A stretch of 33,724 bases of DNA from the IMG/VR virus record IMGVR_UViG_3300007557_000014, positions 1 through 33,724 of that record. One strand, written 5' to 3'. Under the pieces are notes generated by a model. The model saw only the letters and a list, made by a program, of their open reading frames with translations, did no database searches and had not been told where the DNA came from. The DNA comes from a virus (Duplodnaviria; Caudoviricetes). A program made the translations under genes and the position numbers. Below, piece after piece: positions 28,101 through 33,724 of this stretch; within the stretch, counting starts at the first letter, position 1, and each line of letters starts with the position of its first letter.

Positions 28101-31100
28101 TGTACTGTGATCAATAGTTATAATGCCACCCTGCATCGGTGCTACAGCACAATCATATACAGCAAGAGAGCCGTCGCCTGAGCCGCCAGTGTAGCTAGCA
28201 TCAACATAAGCCTTAGCAGCTTGTGTAGAGTTACTAATTAGATCTACATCATCTGGAATTTCGTTTGGATCTGCGCCATCTGCTACAAGACCAAACTTAC
28301 CAAAGTTTACTGTAGAGTTAGAAACTTTAATGTCAGTACCGTCAGCGGCGTAAAACGCAGATTGAGTGTAAGTACTTTCAATGCCAGTGGCAGTAATCTG
28401 TGCGCCGTTGGCACCAGCAATACCGTATGCTAAATCGTTGCTTTGAGCAAAGTTGCTAATTTCAATACTACGACTACCGCCACTTTGTATATAAGTGTCA
28501 ACGTCAACAGATCCTGTGTAGCCGTTGCTACTGTTTGCGCTAGCGTCTAAGTAAACAATACAACGACCAAGATCCTGATCGTAGTTGCTAATAGCGTTAA
28601 CCTGATAGCGTACACCGCCCACATAGAATACAGCAGGAACCTGTGGTTCTTTTAGTTTTAAGCCTTGTGTGCTTAGGCTTGTGCTATCCCCGATAACGTC
28701 AACATCTTCGCTTTCGACCCAAAGAGTAAATGCGTTAAGACTTACAGTACCACGTACTCCGTCGTCGAACGTACCTGAGTTGCCTCTAATCTTAACTGGA
28801 ATATTACCAGTATACGCATCAGCAAAAGCACCACCAGCAAACAGTTTTGTGTTTGTGCTTTGTGTTACACTAGAGCTGTTGGCAATGTACGGTGCTTTAG
28901 TTAGTACTTGCCCATGTGGGTCAAGAACCATAGCAAACGACTTGTGTCCTTGTACTGTAATATTTTCTACAGTAGACGCATCGTTTAGCAAGAACACATC
29001 AATATCGCAGTTGCGTAGCGGTGGATTGTAGTCAATGCTGAATACAAAGTTAATTTTACTAGTTAAGTTTGTTATAACTGTGGCAGTACCGCCTTCGCCA
29101 CTGCCTAAGCTTAGATTTGGCTTAACAATATTTGTTACTGCGCTATTACCTGCAGTGTAGCTACTGTCTGTGTAAACCGGAGCAGTAGCAGTTAATAAGT
29201 TACTAGCTAATACAGCTACGTTGTCAATAGCAGCTTCTACAGCTACTTCAGTGGAACTATCACCAAAGCGGCTTAGGTAGTCTGTGTTTCCTACTTCGTG
29301 GTATGAACCTTGAACTACAAGACTGTGCGCATCGCCGCCGTCACGTAGATCATTAGCAAGAGCGTCAACAAGTGTTCTAAAGTCTGTTCTGTAAGATTCA
29401 GCATTGTATGTAACACTGCTGTAATTTGTGTCTAAGAAACGTAGTGATTCTTCAACAATGTATTCTTTGTTTTCTAATAGAATGTTTGCTGCGGTTGTAT
29501 AGCTACCTGTGTTAGCAATTACAGAGCCTGTGTTTTTTGGTCTATCAGCACGGTATAAGTAGTGACGTCCTACTTTACCTTTTTCGTTACCTTGCTGGTC
29601 GTTAACAGCAACACCTTCATTAACAATAGTAAGTCCATCAAACTCGTTGTCTCTGTAGAAGTATGTGCCAGCGTGTGAGCTTTGAGAAACACCGTTACGT
29701 GGCTTGATAACAGTTCTACGGAACTCGCTACCAATTACACTGGTGTTTGCTGGAATCTTAATCGGAAAGTCTTCTTCAAACACTCCGCCTTCGACTTGTA
29801 TAGTTACCTGCTTGGTAACAGTTTTATAGCCGTATTCAACTTCTTCGTCTACAATAAAGTCTAAAGGAGATAGCATATTAACATAGAAGTCAGTAAAGCC
29901 TGGGGTTGCGTTGTTTTCAAAGCTTGTAATTTGTCCAACAGCGCCGCTGGTTTTACCACGTACTATTTTACTTGGAAGTGCGTCAACATTATCGGAATCA
30001 GTTTGGTCAAGTTGTCCACTGTTATTTACAAGTCTAATCTTATACTTCTCGCCGTGTACAACTTCCTGTCCTGCAGCTGGCCCTGTTGTCCATACATTCT
30101 TTACAAGGTCCTTTAGTGTTTCTAAAGACGTTGCTACAGTTGTTTCGGTGCTATTTACATTAGACCCAGTAGTATCTTGCTGGTAGTACTGCTGATAGCG
30201 TAGTGCAGACTTAGCATTGCCGTCGTTAGTGAAGTCAGTGTATCCGCTGTTATCAAACAGTGTAGTTAGTGTGCTATCAGTGTACAGTTCAAATGTACTT
30301 ACTGTTACTACTTTTGCGTAAGCAAACTGACCATTGATCTCAGTCATGCCTGCTACGTTAGTAAATTTAACAAGGTTGCCGTCTACTAAACCGTGATTAG
30401 TTGTAGTCGTTACAACAGCAGCAACATTACTGCTTTTCTTTGTAATACTAGAAACTGTCTTTTCTTGGAAGCCACGATTTTCAAAAATACTATCGTTAAT
30501 GATATCATACAGCTTATCAACAGCAGCATTATTCTCAGTTAAGAACTGCTTAATTTTAACACGACTGTTTACTTCGCTATAGAACTTTTGAGCAAAGCGC
30601 TTAGTAAGTGTGTTTGCATTTGTGCCGCGGTTGAGGTCAAAGCGGAAGCTTTCAATTAGGTTACCGTAGTCCTGATCAAACTCTCTTTCGTCGAACAAAT
30701 AACTAGGGTATGTAAACTGAACAAAGCCTTTAAGTTCTTCAACCAGGTATTCTTTGTTGTCTTTGATTTTGTCATCAGCATTTGGTGCCTGCGCAGTGGC
30801 TACACTAGCAGACGACACTGTGCTGTTAACTGTAAAGTTAGTGTGCGTTAGTGTCTGTACGTATGGTCCTGTTGTTTCTTGTGCGTTGCTCACAAGCTCA
30901 GCAGCGTGTTCAGCAGCAGCGCCTAGTGTCTTAAATGCGTAAGACAAGCTAGCGCCTTCTTTACCGGCAGGAGTATTAGTTTGCAGATCAGTGCCCAGCG
31001 GGCTAACGTAGATTACACTGCTACTTGACGTAGCTTTGTTATCGACGTAGAACTTGCTAGCAGCTTGTAGATCTGCTGTGCCGTTAGGAGTGCCAGAACC

Positions 31101-32078
31101 AGCAAGCTCGCCTGGGTGATCATTTAGGTATAGCGCACCAGTCATAGTGTCGCCTTGGCGTCTTACAACCGCATCACGTGGTAACGGTTGATTGTTAAGC
31201 CAGTTGCCAGCTAAGTTAGCATCGTAAGCAGCATCAGTAAGTGTATGAGAATCTTCGCTAGCAACAGTGGTGTTACCGATTAGAATCTTATTGGTTAGCG
31301 CAGTTGCGCTAAGAGACTTTGCGTCTGATTCTGTAGCAAACAACGCAAGCTCGTTATCGTTAACATAGCGAACATAGTACGTGGTACCGTCTACTAAGTT
31401 AGTAGGTGCGGTAAATGTAACGTCAAGTACAAATGGCTGTCCGTTCTGTTGACTTGTAATACCGTGACCTGCAATGTACGCATTATTGTTTTGATATTGA
31501 GTAACAGTTAATACATGATCACTAGCACTTGGTTCTGTAGTGCTAATTCTATGTTCTAAATCTTTCGGAGCATAACGCTGGTCAAGATACTTTCTAGGAG
31601 CAACTAGATCGTCGGCAGTGTAAGTAGTGCTATTACCAGGCAGTGCGTTAATCGCATCAGCCGCAGCATCACTTATCTCAACCCCGCCTATAGCAAAGCC
31701 ATTTGCGTTAAGATGATTGCCCAGTGTAGGAGAAACTGTGTCGTCTTCTAACTGTCCGAACGTAGTAGTTAAAATAACCTTACCTGGTACACTCAGTGTA
31801 TCGATTTGAATAGTATTTGCGTCGTTGCTGTCTAGTGCATTATCAGAAGCAAATTCTGAAAATGTAACAGCAGTGCCTGCGTTGTTAACTATAAGAATCT
31901 TATTTGCTTCTAGTGTATCAGGAACATCACTCATGTTAGTGATGCTGATCTGGCCACCTAAACCAAATACTGCGTAAAGCTCTTGGAAGTTTTCGTTACT
32001 CTTACGAAAACTTTCTCTAATGCTATCGCCAGTACCGTCGTTACCTTCAATACCGATGTCTACTACTTGTCTTGACAT
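25119..32078 (-). CDS. Giant tail fibre/spike protein, 2319 aa
   Basis: gp9/gp10-like N-terminus (DIGIEGNDGTGDSIRESFRKSNENFQELY); FCCH-like beta-barrel (TNHGLVDGNLVKFTNVAGMTEING); beta-helix-like middle; C-terminal ADIAEYY...VALVGRVPV...IGKA domain resembling peptidase G2 / intramolecular chaperone. Confidence 0.8.
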   Translation of the reverse strand: MSRQVVDIGIEGNDGTGDSIRESFRKSNENFQELYAVFGLGGQISITNMSDVPDTLEANKILIVNNAGTAVTFSEFASDNALDSNDANTIQIDTLSVPGKVILTTTFGQLEDDTVSPTLGNHLNANGFAIGGVEISDAAADAINALPGNSTTYTADDLVAPRKYLDQRYAPKDLEHRISTTEPSASDHVLTVTQYQNNNAYIAGHGITSQQNGQPFVLDVTFTAPTNLVDGTTYYVRYVNDNELALFATESDAKSLSATALTNKILIGNTTVASEDSHTLTDAAYDANLAGNWLNNQPLPRDAVVRRQGDTMTGALYLNDHPGELAGSGTPNGTADLQAASKFYVDNKATSSSSVIYVSPLGTDLQTNTPAGKEGASLSYAFKTLGAAAEHAAELVSNAQETTGPYVQTLTHTNFTVNSTVSSASVATAQAPNADDKIKDNKEYLVEELKGFVQFTYPSYLFDEREFDQDYGNLIESFRFDLNRGTNANTLTKRFAQKFYSEVNSRVKIKQFLTENNAAVDKLYDIINDSIFENRGFQEKTVSSITKKSSNVAAVVTTTTNHGLVDGNLVKFTNVAGMTEINGQFAYAKVVTVSTFELYTDSTLTTLFDNSGYTDFTNDGNAKSALRYQQYYQQDTTGSNVNSTETTVATSLETLKDLVKNVWTTGPAAGQEVVHGEKYKIRLVNNSGQLDQTDSDNVDALPSKIVRGKTSGAVGQITSFENNATPGFTDFYVNMLSPLDFIVDEEVEYGYKTVTKQVTIQVEGGVFEEDFPIKIPANTSVIGSEFRRTVIKPRNGVSQSSHAGTYFYRDNEFDGLTIVNEGVAVNDQQGNEKGKVGRHYLYRADRPKNTGSVIANTGSYTTAANILLENKEYIVEESLRFLDTNYSSVTYNAESYRTDFRTLVDALANDLRDGGDAHSLVVQGSYHEVGNTDYLSRFGDSSTEVAVEAAIDNVAVLASNLLTATAPVYTDSSYTAGNSAVTNIVKPNLSLGSGEGGTATVITNLTSKINFVFSIDYNPPLRNCDIDVFLLNDASTVENITVQGHKSFAMVLDPHGQVLTKAPYIANSSSVTQSTNTKLFAGGAFADAYTGNIPVKIRGNSGTFDDGVRGTVSLNAFTLWVESEDVDVIGDSTSLSTQGLKLKEPQVPAVFYVGGVRYQVNAISNYDQDLGRCIVYLDASANSSNGYTGSVDVDTYIQSGGSRSIEISNFAQSNDLAYGIAGANGAQITATGIESTYTQSAFYAADGTDIKVSNSTVNFGKFGLVADGADPNEIPDDVDLISNSTQAAKAYVDASYTGGSGDGSLAVYDCAVAPMQGGIITIDHSTAGTLNYRITSVTDVTAASPTPAPSPTVLNVNVYQLQFVAENSSTTDFYGTLQQAVTDDTIVEIRSGTQFLYDNVAAAGTLNPRPNTTITYDESADVGYKATAFATTDNYGNALSANRVRATFDADYKYIELTPNTTHNGNGFGSTANDTKLAIEVLAGGAAPFLDSTRVVGKIFAHAGKSHYITTYKNVTTLEMTSAVSFTAGDTVTQAVSGATGTALKTVSSGTTVHVYDVTGTFDTTNTISSVVPTTVTVNNFAYVEFNVSDSSVSGSNINPSPQAAGLNTAITTTRKLFAGVPTGADASVVENTAIIRATNTVFKSVGAGSFNETNYPNDILGDPENTQDPTAFTDSPAATTAEVWERGQGRVFWTSTDQYGVFRVGQFFNVDQATGDTTIEGGVGISNAVSLGFSSGTTINEFSTDTSMSGVSDSAVPTEKAVKTYIDRRLHLDESGSVISGGEKLGPGYLDLEGNTTMAGNLNMGSSFRITNLATNSGVSTDAANVAYVNSKVAEFDSISELADTSISSAATSDLLVYNGSAWEDAAVTGDVTLTRTGANAITSAITAGSIVNTDVNASAAIAQSKLALDDATTSAKGIASFSSSHFTVTSGAVDIIANSIAKTDLEQIATNTVLGRTTAGTGNVEEILISSLISAGGAVVDADFTTDNTGSKVLTQVAAGSYGLTNLSATTSNNSIVKRSTAGEVDATAYQIDGSQILDVDGTDTVLKTTAGGVLLRGEGASNPVLETGGAVQVGDIANVNNSTFQDASSYSANTSKLASTWIYTNFLEAATEKDATSTGIGLGAGGGFAESAADSIVAVSNGNVKVVINDSGLEVAAGSYVKTNTITTGASGTAGTITGNWSLTTGSRFEATYADIAEYYEADHIYEVGTVLVFGGEKEVTGCTEHRSTRVAGVVSNNAAFTMNQDCPGIAACVALVGRVPVNVIGQVRKGDMLVASAVPGYAIVDNDPKVGSVIGKAIEDKIDNDKGVVETLVGK

Positions 32079-32090
32079 TTTTGTCTCCGA

Positions 32091-32432
32091 TTAATTCATT
32101 GCTTCTAAGTCGAAATCTACACTAGTGCCGCATCCGCACGCTGCTTTTGCGTTAGGGTTGATAATTTTAAACATCTGACCAAACGCCGCAGTTTCGTAGT
32201 CTATTTCAGTTCCTACTAAAAACATAATGCTTGTAGGATCTACTACTAGTTTCCCAGTATTAGCCTCAACAACTTCACTACCTGCTTCGATCTGATTATT
32301 GTCAATCACATCCCACTTATACTCAAAACCAGCACAACCTCCACCTTTAATACTAAGACTTACAGCCGTATTGCCGGAGCTTAGTTCATCGATTTTTTTC
32401 TTTGCGTTGTCTGTTAAAGACAAGATGTTCAT
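32091..32432 (-). CDS. iscA: A-type Fe-S cluster carrier (HesB/IscA/ErpA family)
   Basis: LTDNA, GGGCAGFEY, GTEIDY and NPNAKAACGCGTS, with all three conserved Cys. Confidence 0.93.
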   Translation of the reverse strand: MNILSLTDNAKKKIDELSSGNTAVSLSIKGGGCAGFEYKWDVIDNNQIEAGSEVVEANTGKLVVDPTSIMFLVGTEIDYETAAFGQMFKIINPNAKAACGCGTSVDFDLEAMN

Positions 32433-32725
32433 TGTGTTACATTCCTCGTTACTGTATTTATTTGATTCTGCTGATTGTTAACCGTGCGGTTTAATTTTTG
32501 TATTTGCTTTTCTAAGTTAGAAACAGTAGCAGTAAGCTCTGCTACTTTTTGTTCTAGTGTTTCTACATAACGTTGCGACGGAACAGATTGTTCACTGCCA
32601 TCTTCAGCAATAACTGTATGACTATTGAGGCCGTGTGCTCGAAGTCCGCCCATAACTCTATTAGGATTTTTACTAACAGAGTTAGACGAAGTGCTATACA
32701 TCTGTCGCAGTAATTGATTGTCCAT
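32429..32725 (-). CDS. Hypothetical coiled-coil protein
   Basis: Start reassigned to ATG 32725 (MDNQLLRQ), which has an AAGGA RBS and GGTAAATA upstream and avoids overlap with the plus-strand gene. Confidence 0.7.
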   Translation of the reverse strand: MDNQLLRQMYSTSSNSVSKNPNRVMGGLRAHGLNSHTVIAEDGSEQSVPSQRYVETLEQKVAELTATVSNLEKQIQKLNRTVNNQQNQINTVTRNVTQ

Positions 32726-32774
32726 ATTGAATCCTTTTTCTTTTGATACTGTATTTACCGAACATATATACTGT

Positions 32775-33326
32775 ATGTATAAAATTTTAATTGCTAGTTT
32801 GTCACTACTTGTTGCCAGCGTTGCAGGCGCAGTTGACCGAGAACTCGAAGAAAAAGTAATGCTCGAGAATATAGAATGGCTGGCAGAAGAGTCGTCAAAC
32901 CTTGAATACAACGGTGAACCATTGCCTGCTATTGTTTATGCTACGCAAGATCAACTAAGTGCCTATTTTTACGGACTTGATAAGTGGGTACAAAACCAAG
33001 AAGATCTAGTACCAGTTGAAGGTATATTTCGAAGCGAAGGAGAAGGTACTATCTTTTTGCTCGACGATTTTGACTGGGAAAGTAACGAGCACCTCGACGT
33101 GATAGTGCACGAGTTAGTGCATTATCTACAGTACATTAACGACATAAGTTACGACTGCTCCATCGCTGCTGAGCTAGATGCTTACAAGTATCAAACATAC
33201 TGGATGATGGGTAACCCATCATCAAAGCCTATGCCATCTTACTTAATGGCAATTTGGATATTTGAAACATGTTTACTCGAAGCTATGGAAGCCGAAGACG
33301 AAGCCGCAGCAGCTATAGAAGACTAA
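32775..33326 (+). CDS. Secreted zincin-like (HExxH) protein
   Basis: Signal peptide MYKILIASLSLLVASVAGA; VIVHELVHYLQ followed by E.DAY..Q; highly acidic. Start reassigned to ATG 32775. Confidence 0.7.
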   Translation: MYKILIASLSLLVASVAGAVDRELEEKVMLENIEWLAEESSNLEYNGEPLPAIVYATQDQLSAYFYGLDKWVQNQEDLVPVEGIFRSEGEGTIFLLDDFDWESNEHLDVIVHELVHYLQYINDISYDCSIAAELDAYKYQTYWMMGNPSSKPMPSYLMAIWIFETCLLEAMEAEDEAAAAIED

Positions 33327-33724
33327 CCAAGTCTTCAACAGCGAGATTCTTCATCTTACTTTCGCACATGATATCTGCGTGTTCTAAGAAGCTCAGTGCC
33401 CATTGATTACATGCTACGTTTTTGTAGTAGTCACTGTGAGCACGGAGCTTTTGCTTTTTGTAGCCTTGCTCCATAAGCAGTTGTAGATCAGGCAGTGTAT
33501 TAGGATCAATAGACTCAATGTATTCTTCACGACTCACACTGTAGTGAATAGCAGGGCGTTGACCACGCCAGCTGTCGACCACACGTTTAACACGATCGTC
33601 ATCAGCTTGAATGTATTCGCCGCCACTACGAATGTAATGATGATGGATGTCAAGAACGAGCGCAACATGCTTCTCAAGTTCTAGTGAAGCATCGAGGCCC
33701 CAAGAGTTCTCGTCGTTCTCGATA
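33313..33724 (-). CDS. uvsE: UV-damage endonuclease UvsE/UVDE, 5' end runs off the window
   Basis: Frame is open to the window edge: IENDE..., LVLDIHHH, SW...P.IHYS, LRAHSDY, DIMCESKMKNLA. Confidence 0.88.
   Translation of the reverse strand, partial: IENDENSWGLDASLELEKHVALVLDIHHHYIRSGGEYIQADDDRVKRVVDSWRGQRPAIHYSVSREEYIESIDPNTLPDLQLLMEQGYKKQKLRAHSDYYKNVACNQWALSFLEHADIMCESKMKNLAVEDLVSLL

Noticed and set aside
24436-30942. Plus-strand ORFs inside the tail genes (e.g. 26032..26712, 26779..27114, 28669..29031)
   Set aside because: They lie antisense to well-supported genes and are explained by codon bias on the coding strand.
32726-32911. Extended overlapping starts given by the ORF track (32911 minus, 32718 plus)
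   Set aside because: Downstream ATGs at 32725 (RBS and promoter motif) and 32775 (signal peptide) give a clean divergent arrangement.
1-33724. Stop-codon reassignment, as seen in some large phages
   Set aside because: Conserved genes (thyA, clpA, phoH, tdk) are full length in the standard code, and TAA, TAG and TGA all end genes.
1-33724. tRNA or rRNA genes, introns, inteins, integrase or transposase
   Set aside because: Intergenic gaps are almost all too short, no cloverleaf was seen, and the usual intron/intein hosts (thyA, clamp loader, phoH) are uninterrupted.

Overview
This is a segment of a large, tailed dsDNA phage genome, most likely a T4-related jumbo myovirus. The host is Gram-negative (spanin pair) and probably alphaproteobacterial (inferred from an FdxA-type ferredoxin). 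Genes are tightly packed and almost all on the minus strand. Left to right: (1) fibre/virion proteins sharing DDST motifs; (2) a proteostasis pair, ClpA and DnaJ; (3) a lysis-type block with an EF-hand membrane protein, an SNase-like nuclease, DUF1289 and o-/i-spanins; (4) phoH, inverted; (5) a 14-gene coupled operon under a consensus sigma70 promoter that is overlapped by an inverted repeat (MazG, NADAR, RFC-type clamp loader, tdk, MTA/SAH nucleosidase, ferredoxin, DHFR, a minimal malonyl-CoA-decarboxylase-like GNAT protein, thyA); (6) GroES and a DnaE fragment that stops just before the catalytic aspartates; (7) baseplate/tail genes including a 2319-aa fibre; (8) IscA, a secreted HExxH protein and a partial UvsE. 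A T4-late-like ATAA(A/G)TA motif precedes many genes. In at least two cases it lies 5 nt before an ATG with no Shine-Dalgarno, suggesting leaderless mRNAs. All family calls come from motif recognition by eye; no database searches were run.
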